From: a virus
IMG/VR virus record: IMGVR_UViG_3300029479_000005
DNA length: 58,493 nt
Strand: one strand, 5' to 3'
Positions 1-10,131 of the stretch are shown here, piece by piece; position 1 is the stretch's first letter; each line of letters opens with the position of its first letter. A model generated the notes under the pieces. That model was given only the letters and a program-made list of their open reading frames with translations. It ran no database searches and had not been told where the DNA came from. The position numbers were made by a program, and so were the translations under genes.

Positions 1-949
1 AATCGATGCTGAAAAGCACAAATTAGATTATAAACAATCCGAAAAAGACAACGATATAGCCTTGCTAAAGAAAACCTACCAACGCCATCAAAACATGGAT
101 GGAGAAGTAAAGGAGAGTGGGGCATCAACTCTACTATCAAGACGTAAGCAAGAGACTCAAGTGCCTGAAAGAAAAGGTTCAGGAAGAATAAATCAAAAGG
201 GAAAGAGTTGGTATGATCCTACCAAACCTGAGGGAACTATATTATACAAAGAGTCAGGCAGAACATATGTTGATCCGAAGACCGGGAAAACTAAGCAAGC
301 AATGACAAATGTATCGTTGATGTCAGTAATAGACGACGCACATAAGCTGTCATCGGGACACCCTAAGGAAAATGCATATGCTGATTATGCTAATAAAATG
401 AAAGCTATGGCTAACGATGCTCGTAAGGAGGCGGTATATACTGGTAGACTTGCTACTAATGCAAATGCCAAACGTATCTATCAGTCAGAAGTGGATTCAT
501 TAAATGCAAAACTAAATCTTGCCGCACTTAATGCACCGAGAGAAAGAAGAGCTCAAGTTCTTGCTAATTCTGAAGTAAAGGCGAAAAAACAGGCTAATCC
601 TGAATTAGAAAAAGATAAGAAAGCATTGAAAAAAGTAAAACAAATTGCAATTAACAAGGCTCGTATAGCAGTCGGTGCAAGTGGAAAGGGCACACGAATT
701 AACATAACAGACAAAGAATGGGAAGCTATTCAGTCTGGCGCAGTAAGTGATTCTAAATTGACAAAGATACTAAGGTATGCGGATCAAGATGTAATAAGAC
801 AAAAGGCTACCCCTAAGTCTAATGGTGCGCTATCCTCTGCTCAAGTTAGTAGAATCAAAGCTTTGGCTGCATCAGGTTATACAAATGCTGAAATCGCAGA
901 AGTTTTAGGAAAGTCAACATCAACAGTTTCAAAATATCTAAATAGTTGA
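1..949 (+). CDS. C-terminal portion of the wrap-around two-barrel (YonO/beta'-like) RNA polymerase gene. The gene continues from 56587..58493 across the circular junction, giving 918 aa in total. Ends with a sigma-70 region-4-like HTH.
   Basis: I translated frame 2 by hand from 56587 through 58493 and it reads without a stop straight into 62..949. The C-terminus reads SAQVSRIKALAASGYTNAEIAEVLGKSTSTVSKYL, a close match to a sigma region 4 / LuxR-type HTH. Confidence 0.6.
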   Translation, partial: IDAEKHKLDYKQSEKDNDIALLKKTYQRHQNMDGEVKESGASTLLSRRKQETQVPERKGSGRINQKGKSWYDPTKPEGTILYKESGRTYVDPKTGKTKQAMTNVSLMSVIDDAHKLSSGHPKENAYADYANKMKAMANDARKEAVYTGRLATNANAKRIYQSEVDSLNAKLNLAALNAPRERRAQVLANSEVKAKKQANPELEKDKKALKKVKQIAINKARIAVGASGKGTRINITDKEWEAIQSGAVSDSKLTKILRYADQDVIRQKATPKSNGALSSAQVSRIKALAASGYTNAEIAEVLGKSTSTVSKYLNS

Positions 950-965
950 AAGGAAGTGTGAAGTT

Positions 966-1214
966 ATGATTAAATGTGCGTTAACCACAATCGATAATCC
1001 GTTCGATCCATTTGACCAATTCGATCAATGGTATATGTTCGATCTTGACAAAGGTTACAATTCTTGTTCATATTTGGATCGCGTTTCTCATACTTCTGAT
1101 CAATTAAGTGAAGAAGAAAACGATCGTGAAATTGAACGAGCAATTGACGAAATTATTAAATATGATTTTATGAACATTTATAAAAAAGTCACTAAAAAAA
1201 TTAAATCGTCATAG
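966..1214 (+). CDS. hypothetical protein (82 aa)
   Basis: ORF with an upstream GAAAGGAAG ribosome-binding site; no recognisable motifs. Confidence 0.45.
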   Translation: MIKCALTTIDNPFDPFDQFDQWYMFDLDKGYNSCSYLDRVSHTSDQLSEEENDREIERAIDEIIKYDFMNIYKKVTKKIKSS

Positions 1215-1637
1215 AATTTGTTGAGTTTTGAAGTAATTATCATGAAAAACGGCAATATCTAAAAAATAGATGATAATACTTTAACAGAAGTATAAAAGCA
1301 GTTTGACATTTACTGATATGTAATGGTTTTAACCATGTTTGACTATACAACATTGATGTAATAGTATGAAAACATGAGCATTCATTTAATGTGTCATGCT
1401 ATCCTAAACCTCTATTAGTGGAATGTGAATATGTAAGTGTATGTCATCGTTTAGTAATGCTATCATATAAGCTGACATAAAAGAGAGATACTTTTGTGTT
1501 AGTATAAAAGATACAAAATACATTAATAAGCCGATATATTGTATGATAATGAAAATTTTATGATTTAAAAATGCTGGTATAGATAGAATATCATGGTCGA
1601 TAGTCGTTGAATTATAATGTTTGGCTTTGAGGTGTAA

Positions 1638-1709
1638 GGGGGGTTCTCAAAATTAGCACCCCCTCCCTCATCGCCCGCCTCCTTGAAAATTCTCCGGGGG
1701 CAATTTTTG
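1638..1709 (+). promoter_or_regulatory. GC-rich island able to form alternative hairpins: a G6 run (1638-1643) against a C-run (1659-1667), or the C-run against G5 (1696-1700) followed by a T-run (1703-1708). Attenuator- or terminator-like element.
   Basis: The G/C runs are read directly from the sequence, inside an otherwise AT-rich 700-bp non-coding stretch. Confidence 0.3.
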
Positions 1710-1723
1710 AAAAACGTTTTATA

Positions 1724-1859
1724 TTTTCATGTAGTATTCTAAAAGGTTCATAAGGTTGTTGATGCGGTGTTGGTTTTTGTTTGTTTTGGATCGCGCTTAA
1801 CTCCTTTCGGCGAATAGAGTCATATAACTTTATGAACCTCTTTGAGTGCTACATGAAAA
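1724..1859. repeat. Long imperfect inverted repeat: arms of about 30 bp with cores TTTCATGTAG/CTACATGAAA and GGTTCATAA/TTATGAACC, separated by a spacer of about 75 bp. Lies upstream of the small terminase gene.
   Basis: The arms are read directly and match at about 27 of 32 positions. Candidate pac/cos site, operator, or RNA structure. Confidence 0.5.
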
Positions 1860-1914
1860 CTATATAATAATGATAATCTTATAATACCAATCTTTCAGAA
1901 AGGATGACCAAAGT

Positions 1915-2250
1915 ATGGCTAAAATAAAAAAAACAAACGCTATTCCAAATGCCAAGAAAAATAGAGTTGCAACTTCGCCGGAAGCGAGGGAAAATCAACT
2001 TATATCTTTGGCAGTAGATCTTGCTGAGCAGCAATTGAGAGATGGAACAGCATCGTCTCAAGTCATTTCTCACTTTCTTAAGCTGGCTTCAACAAAAGAA
2101 AAGTTAGAACGAGAGATACTTGAAAAACAAAAAGATTTAATAACCGCTAAGACGGAGAATCTTCATTCTGCTCAAAGAATAGAAGAATTATATGAAAACG
2201 CAATGAATGCTTTAAAAGGCTACAGCGGACGAGATGATAGCGATGATTAA
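1915..2250 (+). CDS. putative terminase small subunit (111 aa)
   Basis: Small basic/helical protein immediately upstream of the HNH and large-terminase genes, with a GAAAGGATG ribosome-binding site. The call rests on position, not on motifs. Confidence 0.4.
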   Translation: MAKIKKTNAIPNAKKNRVATSPEARENQLISLAVDLAEQQLRDGTASSQVISHFLKLASTKEKLEREILEKQKDLITAKTENLHSAQRIEELYENAMNALKGYSGRDDSDD

Positions 2251-2653
2251 AACATATTCTGAATTGATAACGTTTGATAGATACATAGATAGATTTAAGT
2301 ATCTTCAATTGAACGGATATGTCGGAAAGGAAACATTTGGGTTCGATAGATATATAAATCAAGCACTCTATCATTCAGCTGAATGGATGAGATTCAGAGA
2401 TAAGGTTATAATCAGAGATTGCGGGTGCGATCTTGCTACGATTGGGTATGAAATATATGGGCCAATAACAATACATCATATTAATCCTATAAGCAGAGAT
2501 GATATTATTAATCGTAATCCATGCGTGTTTGATTTAGAGAATGTTGTATGCACCACAAACGATACCCATAATGCTATACATTACGGAGATGAAAGTTTAT
2601 TAATATGTACACCTAAGGTTCGTACTAAAAACGATACATGTCCGTGGAAATAA
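2234..2653 (+). CDS. HNH endonuclease
   Basis: Cys pairs and the H-N-H pattern are visible: DCGCD...ITIHHINPI...N...VC...HNAIH. Confidence 0.75.
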   Translation: MIAMIKTYSELITFDRYIDRFKYLQLNGYVGKETFGFDRYINQALYHSAEWMRFRDKVIIRDCGCDLATIGYEIYGPITIHHINPISRDDIINRNPCVFDLENVVCTTNDTHNAIHYGDESLLICTPKVRTKNDTCPWK

Positions 2654-2675
2654 TAAAAAAAAGGAGAAAATCAAA

Positions 2676-2993
2676 ATGAGTAAAAACAATAAAATACCAG
2701 AGGAAGTTCTTGAAAAAGAAATTTTGGATGATGAAAACTCGGATTGTGCAGAAACAAAGGTTGATGAGCCGGAAGATAAAAAAACATACGGAATTGTATG
2801 CGGATGCGATAAGCTAAGACTAAGAGCTGAACCAAATGTTGATAGTAGAATAATATCAGAGTTGCCAAAACATACAAGAGTTATCATCGATGAAAATATC
2901 ACTAATGACGAATGGGTTTATGTGGAAACTGAATTTGGATCTGTCGGTTATTGTATGAAAAATTACATAGATCTCAATACAACAGGTGATTGA
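2676..2993 (+). CDS. hypothetical protein (105 aa)
   Basis: ORF with a GGAGAAAATC ribosome-binding site. Confidence 0.45.
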   Translation: MSKNNKIPEEVLEKEILDDENSDCAETKVDEPEDKKTYGIVCGCDKLRLRAEPNVDSRIISELPKHTRVIIDENITNDEWVYVETEFGSVGYCMKNYIDLNTTGD

Positions 2994-3330
2994 TATGACA
3001 GATAGCATATTAACTACTATAAAAAAAATGCTGGGTATATCTGAGGAATACGAGCATTTCGATATCGATATAATAACTCACATTAATTCTACGTTTTCTA
3101 TACTTGCTCAATTAGGAGTTGGACCTGATAAAGGTTTTTCTGTACACGATAAAACTGAAAAATGGTCTGACTATATGCCCGAAAATGCAACACTAGAAAT
3201 GGTAAAAACATATGTTCAGTTAAAAGTAAGAATGCTGTTTGATCCTCCATCGAGTAACGCGGTGTTGGAATCATTTAATAGAACTATACGCGAACTTGAG
3301 TTTCGACTGAATGTTTCTAAAAGTTTTTGA
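2986..3330 (+). CDS. hypothetical protein (114 aa)
   Basis: ORF in the operon context. Confidence 0.45.
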   Translation: MIDMTDSILTTIKKMLGISEEYEHFDIDIITHINSTFSILAQLGVGPDKGFSVHDKTEKWSDYMPENATLEMVKTYVQLKVRMLFDPPSSNAVLESFNRTIRELEFRLNVSKSF

Positions 3331-3355
3331 ATAATCAAGAAGGGAGATGGTATTT

Positions 3356-3775
3356 ATGGAAAACAGTCAACTGTATCATCACGGTATCTTAGGCATGAAA
3401 TGGGGAGTTAGGCGTTTCCAAAATAAAGACGGAAGTTTAACCAGTGACGGAAAAAGACATCTGGAGCAAAATTCAAAAGCTAAACAAGGCAATAATAAAA
3501 AGAAAAAAGGACATACCACCAATAAAGGAAAAAGTATTAATGAGTTAAGCGATGATGAATTAAGAAAACGCATCAATCGTTTGGAACTCGAAAAAAGATA
3601 TGAAGCTTTATCGAAAAAAGAACAAAAGGCTAAAATGTTTGATGGTAAACGATTTGTAACACAAGTTCTTGAAAACTCAGGCAAGGTTGTAGCCACTCAA
3701 TTATCCACATATGTAATGGGAAATATGGTGAATAAGGTAGCTCAAAAAAATATCATCAATGTAAAAAAAGACTAA
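3356..3775 (+). CDS. conserved phage protein with the N-terminal motif HGILGMKWGVRR; Lys-rich C-terminus
   Basis: I prefer the ATG at 3356 because the AAGGGAG ribosome-binding site sits 9 nt upstream of it. The motif resembles small phage proteins commonly found near terminase genes. Confidence 0.5.
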   Translation: MENSQLYHHGILGMKWGVRRFQNKDGSLTSDGKRHLEQNSKAKQGNNKKKKGHTTNKGKSINELSDDELRKRINRLELEKRYEALSKKEQKAKMFDGKRFVTQVLENSGKVVATQLSTYVMGNMVNKVAQKNIINVKKD

Positions 3776-3790
3776 GTAGGTGAATAAATT

Positions 3791-5536
3791 ATGGCATTAT
3801 CAAATACTGCCGTTCCCAAATATTACGGCATGTTTAGAGATGCTGTGATTAGAGGCGAAATACCGGTATGTAAAGAAATTGGCATGGAGATGTATCGGAT
3901 AGACGATCTCATTGCGAATCCCGGAATATATTATGACGATCAGGCAGTTGAGGGCTGGATAAAGTTTTGTGAGGCAGAATTAACTCTAACTGATGGTTCT
4001 GATTTAACATTGCTCGATTCATTTAAATTATGGGGAGAGCAAGTTTTCGGATGGTATTATTTCGTGGATAAAGATGTATACGAACCAAATCCTGATGGAC
4101 ATGGAGGTCATTATGTTCATAAAACTGTGAAAAAGAGACTGATCAACAAGCAATTCTTAATAGTCGGCAGAGGTGCTGCAAAATCACAATATGAATCCTA
4201 TATGCATGAATATTATTTGAATGTTGACACATCGACAACTCATCAAGTGCATACATCTCCGACTATGAGACAAGCCGAAGAAGTGTTGGCACCAATGAGG
4301 ACTGCGATTATGAGAGCACGAGGTCCTTTATTTAAATTTTTAACAGAGGGTTCGTTACAAAATACAACTGGCTCAAAAGCGAACAGAATGAAATTAGCTT
4401 CTACCAAAAAAGGAGTAGAAAATTTTTTGACAGGTTCATTAGTTGAAATTCGACCAATGTCAATAGATAAGCTCCAAGGCTTAAATAGCCGAATAAATAC
4501 TGTCGATGAATGGCTATCGGGAGATGTTCGCGAAGATGTTATAGGTGCGCTTGAACAAGGTGCTTCTAAAAATGACGATTATTTAATAATAGCTGTAAGC
4601 TCAGAGGGAACAGTTCGTAATGGACCGGGCGATACAATCAAAATGGAATTGATGGACATTCTAAAAGGCGAATATGTCAACCCACATGTTTCGATTTGGT
4701 GGTATAAATTAGATTCGGTTGACGAGGTTTCAAATCCTGATATGTGGCTAAAGGCAAATCCCAATTTAGGAAAGACCGTCAGTTATGAAGCATATCAAAT
4801 AGACGTAGAACGAGCCGAAAAAGCACCATCGGCCAGAAATGATATTTTGGCAAAGCGTTTCGGGTTACCTATGGAGGGATACACATATTATTTTACATAC
4901 GAAGAGACTATTCCACATAAAAAAAGAGAGTATTGGCAGTTGTCGTGTGCATTAGGTGCTGACCTATCACAAGGTGATGATTTTTGTGCGTTTACTTTTT
5001 TATTCCCATTAGGTAATGGACGTTTTGGAGTTAAAACTCGAAACTATATTTCCGAAATAAAATTGATGAAATTGCCACAAGCAATGCGTGCAAAATACGA
5101 ACAATTTATTAATGAAGGTAGCTTGGCCGTATTGCCTGGCGTTGTACTTGATATGATGGAAGTTTATGAAGATTTGGATAAATTTATAGCAGAAAACGAA
5201 TACGATGTTTGTTGTCTCGGATTCGATCCATATAACGCAAAAGAGTTTATTGCCAGATGGACTGCTGAAAATGGACCATTCGGAATTGAAAAAGTAATTC
5301 AAGGTGTAAAAACTGAATCAGTACCTTTGGGAGAATTGAAAAAATTAGCCGAAGAGAGATTATTGCTTTTTGACGAAGAACTGATGTCATGGGCAATGGG
5401 GAATAGTATAGTCATGGAAGACACTAACGGTAATAGAAAACTTCTAAAAAAAAGATACGAGGAAAAAATCGATGCTGTCGCAGCTATGATGGATGCTTTT
5501 GTTGCATTCAAGATAAATAGAGAAGCATTCGAATAA
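3791..5536 (+). CDS. terL: terminase large subunit
   Basis: Walker A-like LIVGRGAAKS near the N-terminus; a C-terminal nuclease-like region with acidic residues; typical 581-aa size. Confidence 0.8.
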   Translation: MALSNTAVPKYYGMFRDAVIRGEIPVCKEIGMEMYRIDDLIANPGIYYDDQAVEGWIKFCEAELTLTDGSDLTLLDSFKLWGEQVFGWYYFVDKDVYEPNPDGHGGHYVHKTVKKRLINKQFLIVGRGAAKSQYESYMHEYYLNVDTSTTHQVHTSPTMRQAEEVLAPMRTAIMRARGPLFKFLTEGSLQNTTGSKANRMKLASTKKGVENFLTGSLVEIRPMSIDKLQGLNSRINTVDEWLSGDVREDVIGALEQGASKNDDYLIIAVSSEGTVRNGPGDTIKMELMDILKGEYVNPHVSIWWYKLDSVDEVSNPDMWLKANPNLGKTVSYEAYQIDVERAEKAPSARNDILAKRFGLPMEGYTYYFTYEETIPHKKREYWQLSCALGADLSQGDDFCAFTFLFPLGNGRFGVKTRNYISEIKLMKLPQAMRAKYEQFINEGSLAVLPGVVLDMMEVYEDLDKFIAENEYDVCCLGFDPYNAKEFIARWTAENGPFGIEKVIQGVKTESVPLGELKKLAEERLLLFDEELMSWAMGNSIVMEDTNGNRKLLKKRYEEKIDAVAAMMDAFVAFKINREAFE

Positions 5537-5557
5537 TATTTTACTCGCTTATTAAAT

Positions 5558-5580
5558 GCTGCTAATAGCAGCTTTTTTTT
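5558..5580 (+). terminator. rho-independent terminator (GCTGC-TAATA-GCAGC followed by T8)
   Basis: Hairpin plus T-run read directly from the sequence. Confidence 0.6.
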
Positions 5581-5607
5581 ATTTTAAAATAAAGGGAGGA
5601 ATTTAGA

Positions 5608-6852
5608 GTGAATATATTTAGTAGACTCCAGCATGGCTGGAACGCTTTTATGAACAAAGATCCAACTGTGGTATATAAACCTCAAATAAATACATATTCG
5701 TATCGACCGGATAGAGCTAGATTCTCAGGACGCAATGAACGTTCCATAGCGACATCGATATATAACCGAATTTCTATGGATGCTGCATCCATAGATATAA
5801 AACATGTTCGGTTAGACGCAAATGATCGTTATACAGAAATGATGGATTCCAGTCTTAATAACTGTTTGACACTAGAAGCCAATATTGATCAAACAGCCAG
5901 AGCATTCATGCAGGATATATACTCATCATTGTTGGACGAAGGATGTGTTGCTATTGTTCCGGTAGATACTACGCTTGATCCGAATATTAGTAATTCATAC
6001 GATATTTTATCAATGCGTACCGGACAAATAATTGATTGGAGAACTGATTCGGTAAAAGTTAGATTGTATAACGAAATATCCGGAAGAAAAGAGGATATAT
6101 GGTTAGCTAAAAAAAATATAGGCATCGTGGAGAATCCTTTATACGCAGTTATAAATGAGCCTAATTCGACAATGCAACGTTTGATAAGAAAATTATCTTT
6201 ATTAGACGGAGTAGACGAACAAGCCAGTTCTGGAAAACTGGACTTGATAATCCAATTGCCGTATGTAATAAAAACCGAAGCACGAAAAAAACAAGCCGAA
6301 GAACGTCGTAAAGACATAGAAGAACAATTATCAGGTTCTAAATATGGTATTGCTTATACAGATGGTACAGAAAAAATAACACAGTTAAATCGTTCGGTGG
6401 AAAATAATCTAATGAAACAGATTGAGTATTTAACGAGTATGCTATATAGCCAGTTAGGAATAACTCAAACTATCATGGATGGTACTGCTGATGATAAGAC
6501 TATGTTGAATTATTATTCTCGCACTATAGAACCTATGGTTGCTGCTGTTGCGGATGAAATGAAACGAAAATTTCTTACAAAAACAGCAAGAACACAAGGA
6601 CAATCCATACGTTATTATAGGGATCCATTTAAGCTTGTACCAGTATCTGATTTGGCAGAAATTGCAGATAAACTTACTCGAAATGAAATATTGACTTCGA
6701 ATGAAATGCGACAAATTATAGGTATGAAACCTTCTGACGATCCGAAAGCAGATATGCTAATCAATAGTAACATCAACCAATCGCCAGAAATGCTTAATGA
6801 GAATAAGGCATTAGTAAAACAAGAAAAGGAAGGAGAAAATCAAAATGAATAA
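5608..6852 (+). CDS. putative portal protein (414 aa)
   Basis: Lies between the large terminase and the protease-capsid gene. GTG start with a GGGAGG ribosome-binding site. Confidence 0.55.
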   Translation: MNIFSRLQHGWNAFMNKDPTVVYKPQINTYSYRPDRARFSGRNERSIATSIYNRISMDAASIDIKHVRLDANDRYTEMMDSSLNNCLTLEANIDQTARAFMQDIYSSLLDEGCVAIVPVDTTLDPNISNSYDILSMRTGQIIDWRTDSVKVRLYNEISGRKEDIWLAKKNIGIVENPLYAVINEPNSTMQRLIRKLSLLDGVDEQASSGKLDLIIQLPYVIKTEARKKQAEERRKDIEEQLSGSKYGIAYTDGTEKITQLNRSVENNLMKQIEYLTSMLYSQLGITQTIMDGTADDKTMLNYYSRTIEPMVAAVADEMKRKFLTKTARTQGQSIRYYRDPFKLVPVSDLAEIADKLTRNEILTSNEMRQIIGMKPSDDPKADMLINSNINQSPEMLNENKALVKQEKEGENQNE

Positions 6853-8707
6853 TTACGATTTCGGTGGTTATGCCACTAGAAACGACTTACTTTGTGAAGA
6901 TGGACGAACCATAAAAAAAGACGCTTTTAAAGACAATGACGGAACAACCGTTCCTTTGATTTGGAATCACGATCACAAAAGTTCAGATGCAGTTTTAGGA
7001 CATGCTTTGTTAAAAAATCGTGAGGATGGTGTATATGCTTATTGTACGTTCAATGACACAGAACAAGGTAAGCATGCAAAACAATTGGTTTGTAATGGTG
7101 ATGTGAGATCGCTATCAATTTATGCTAATAAGTTAAAACAGATTGGCGGAGATGTCGTACATGGCTCCATAAGAGAACTCAGTCTTGTACTCGCAGGATC
7201 TAATCCCGGCGCATATATAGATTTTGTTATGGCTCATGGTGACGAAGAAGAAGATGGCGTTCAAATAAATTACGACGAAAGTGCGCTCGTAATATACCAT
7301 TCCAGTGATGAAGAGGAGGAAAAAGATATGGATAATAAAGAGAAGCAAGATTCCAAAACAGCAGAAGAAGTTTTCGATGAACTCACCGAAGAACAAAAAA
7401 GAGTTGTCTTTACTCTGATCGGAATGCTTATGAATGATGAAAATAAGGATGAAGAAGACGGAGAAGACGGAGAAGACGAAAAAGATGAAGAAGACAAAAA
7501 AGATAAAAAAGGAGACGGAAATATGAAGCATAACGTATTTGATAACGATGAAAGAAAACAGGATTATCTATCGCATAGCGCCCAAGAGGACATTATTAAG
7601 CTGGCTAAATCAAGTCAAGTAGGCAGTTTCCAGACAGCCTTTGCAATGTACGCAGAACAAAATGACTTGCAACATGATGCTATAAGCGGCGGATTCACAC
7701 AAAATGGAACAGGTAATGTAACCATGCTATTCCCTGAATATAAGGATGTTAGACCTGGTGCACCGGAATTGATTACTAACGATCAAGGTTGGATTTCAGC
7801 GGTCATGAATAAGGTACATAAGAGCCCGATTTCAAGAATCAGAACACGCCATGTTGATATCCGAAAAATAAATGATCTCAGAGCAAAAGGTTATAAAAAA
7901 GGTAAAGAAAAGGCTCTTGCAGGTAATTTTAACCTTGTAAAGAGAACCACAGATCCTCAAACTGTATATGTAAAGAATGCACTTCACAGAGATGATATCA
8001 TCGATATTACAGATTTCGATTATGTTCAATATCTATACGACATTGATAAGACAATGCTAGATGAAGAACTTGCAACAGCAATACTATTGGGAGACGGTCG
8101 TGATATAGGTGCAGATGATAAGATTATGCCTGACAAGATAAGACCTATTTGGACAGACGATGATTTATATACAATTCATGTTGATCTCGATATTGATAAG
8201 GCTAAGAAAGAACTTCAAGGTAGCGGAACAGGCGTGAGTTTCGGCGAGAATTATATCTATGCAGAAGCTATAATTAACACCGTTCTTTATGCCAGAGAAA
8301 ATTATAAAGGCAGTGGCACACCAGACTTCTTTGTAACTCCGCATATGCTAAATGTTATGTTACTTGCTCGCGATATGAATGGTAGAAGAATCTATTCATC
8401 AAAAGCAGAGCTTGCCACAGCACTTAATGTCGGCAATATTTATACAGCAGAACAGTTTGAAGACAAAACAAGAACGACTGAAGATTCAAAGAAGAAGAAA
8501 ATTCTCGGTATCGTTGTAAATCTTGCAGATTATTCTCTAGGTGCTACAAAAGGTGGAGAGGTAACACATTTCACCCAATTTGACATCGACTTTAACCAAG
8601 AAAAGTCGTTGCTTGAGACAAGATGTTCGGGCGCATTAACAAGAGTGTACTCGGCTATTGCTATTGAGGAAGACGTGACAGCCAATTCTCAAAGTGTAGT
8701 TGGTTGA
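6845..8707 (+). CDS. fused HK97-type prohead protease (S78) - acidic scaffold-like linker - major capsid protein
   Basis: The N-terminus matches the S78 protease pattern: GYATRND...VPLIWNHD...LSIY...ELSLVLAGSNPGAYI. The middle is a poly-E/D/K linker (EEDGEDGEDEKDEEDKKDKK). The C-terminal ~380 aa is the size of a capsid protein. Confidence 0.75.
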   Translation: MNNYDFGGYATRNDLLCEDGRTIKKDAFKDNDGTTVPLIWNHDHKSSDAVLGHALLKNREDGVYAYCTFNDTEQGKHAKQLVCNGDVRSLSIYANKLKQIGGDVVHGSIRELSLVLAGSNPGAYIDFVMAHGDEEEDGVQINYDESALVIYHSSDEEEEKDMDNKEKQDSKTAEEVFDELTEEQKRVVFTLIGMLMNDENKDEEDGEDGEDEKDEEDKKDKKGDGNMKHNVFDNDERKQDYLSHSAQEDIIKLAKSSQVGSFQTAFAMYAEQNDLQHDAISGGFTQNGTGNVTMLFPEYKDVRPGAPELITNDQGWISAVMNKVHKSPISRIRTRHVDIRKINDLRAKGYKKGKEKALAGNFNLVKRTTDPQTVYVKNALHRDDIIDITDFDYVQYLYDIDKTMLDEELATAILLGDGRDIGADDKIMPDKIRPIWTDDDLYTIHVDLDIDKAKKELQGSGTGVSFGENYIYAEAIINTVLYARENYKGSGTPDFFVTPHMLNVMLLARDMNGRRIYSSKAELATALNVGNIYTAEQFEDKTRTTEDSKKKKILGIVVNLADYSLGATKGGEVTHFTQFDIDFNQEKSLLETRCSGALTRVYSAIAIEEDVTANSQSVVG

Positions 8708-8728
8708 TGTTTATAGGAGAAATTCAAA

Positions 8729-9046
8729 ATGACAAAATTCTTTGGGAAAATCGGTTATGCTATGACGCAGGAAACTAAGCCCGGTGTATGGATGGATCAA
8801 ATAATGGAACGTGAATATTACGGGGATTTATTGAGAAATTCTTATAGATTTCAAACATCGGATAAAGTAAACGATGATGTTTCGATAGCTAATGAATTTA
8901 GTATTATAGCCGATTCATTTGCTAAAGATAATTTTCATTTGATGAAGTATATCGAGTTTGAGGGTACTAAATGGAAAATCACAAATGTTGAGGTTAGGTA
9001 CCCTCGACTAAATTTAACGGTGGGAGGTATATATAATGAAAACTAG
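8729..9046 (+). CDS. putative head-tail connector / adaptor protein (105 aa)
   Basis: Called by position, between the capsid gene and the major tail protein. Confidence 0.4.
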   Translation: MTKFFGKIGYAMTQETKPGVWMDQIMEREYYGDLLRNSYRFQTSDKVNDDVSIANEFSIIADSFAKDNFHLMKYIEFEGTKWKITNVEVRYPRLNLTVGGIYNEN

Positions 9047-9341
9047 ATATGAATTGCATGAGTTTTTATGCGAGATTTTAGGCAGTAGAAATGTATATTT
9101 TCAACCACCGGAATCTGTTAAAATGAAATATCCGGCTATAGTTTACGAACGAACCGAAATAAAAAATCGTTTTGCAAATGATGCCGTTTATAAACAGAAT
9201 AATGCATATTTATTAACGGTCATAGATAAGGATCCTGATAGCGAAGTGTCGAAGCAATTAGCTAATATACCATTGTGCAGATTGCAACAACATTTTGTAT
9301 CTGATAACCTTAATCATGATATATTCAAAATTTATTATTAA
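9036..9341 (+). CDS. putative head-closure / tail-completion protein (101 aa)
   Basis: Called by position. Confidence 0.4.
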   Translation: MKTRYELHEFLCEILGSRNVYFQPPESVKMKYPAIVYERTEIKNRFANDAVYKQNNAYLLTVIDKDPDSEVSKQLANIPLCRLQQHFVSDNLNHDIFKIYY

Positions 9342-9357
9342 AAGGAGGATTACTTGA

Positions 9358-10065
9358 ATGAGTAAACTAACATGGGATAAGATCGGTGAAAGACTATATG
9401 AAACCGGTACAAAAAAAGGCGTTCTATATCCAGCCTCAAAAGACGAACAAGGAGCTACCCAATATCCGAAAGGTGTGCCTTGGAACGGTTTGACCGCTGT
9501 AACAGAAAGCCCATCGGGAGCAGAGGCAACGCCTATATATGCAGATGATATTAAGTATTTGAATATCCAGTCAGCAGAAGATTTTGCCGCAACATTGGAA
9601 GCACTTATGTACCCTGAAGAATTTGCAGAATGCGATGGTTCCAAGTCAATAGTTGCGGGTGTAACAATCGGTCAGCAAAAGCGTAAGATGTTTGGATTGT
9701 CGTATGTTACCACTTTGGGTAATGACGTAGATGGAAATGATTATGGATACAAGTTACATATCGTGTATGGATGTATGGCTACACCATCAGAGAAAAACTA
9801 TGCAACAATCAATGATTCACCGGAAACAATTACTATGAGTTGGGAAATTTCTACTACACCGGTAGATATTCCGGGAGTAGATAAGGATGGTAATCCATTT
9901 AAACCAACAGCAACCATGACGTTTGACAGCACAAAGACTGATTCAAAGATAATGAAAGCAATCGAAGACATTCTTTACGGTACAGCTGATACCGAAGCAA
10001 GACTTCCATTGCCGGAAGAAATTCTTGAAATTCTTAAACCAAGTGATACATCAATTGTAGGCTAA
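9358..10065 (+). CDS. putative major tail protein (235 aa)
   Basis: Strong AAGGAGG ribosome-binding site, a strong terminator immediately downstream, typical size, and position before the chaperones and tape measure. Confidence 0.55.
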   Translation: MSKLTWDKIGERLYETGTKKGVLYPASKDEQGATQYPKGVPWNGLTAVTESPSGAEATPIYADDIKYLNIQSAEDFAATLEALMYPEEFAECDGSKSIVAGVTIGQQKRKMFGLSYVTTLGNDVDGNDYGYKLHIVYGCMATPSEKNYATINDSPETITMSWEISTTPVDIPGVDKDGNPFKPTATMTFDSTKTDSKIMKAIEDILYGTADTEARLPLPEEILEILKPSDTSIVG

Positions 10066-10076
10066 AAACATATTTA

Positions 10077-10110
10077 AAGGGACGGACTATTAACCGTCCC
10101 TTATTTTTTT
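10077..10110 (+). terminator. rho-independent terminator (AAGGGACGG-loop-CCGTCCCTT followed by T7)
   Basis: 9-bp stem and T-run read directly. Confidence 0.7.
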
Positions 10111-10131
10111 ATTTGAAAGGAGAACAATATT

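Noticed and set aside
1-99. Biological direct terminal repeat or cos ends at the window boundaries
   Set aside because: The repeat is exactly 99 bp and bisects an open reading frame; this is consistent with an assembly k-mer overlap.
7133-7531. Minus-strand ORFs 7133..7531 and 7270..7497
   Set aside because: Antisense to the GAA/GAT-rich acidic linker of the protease-capsid gene (giving poly-Ser/Phe); no translation signals.
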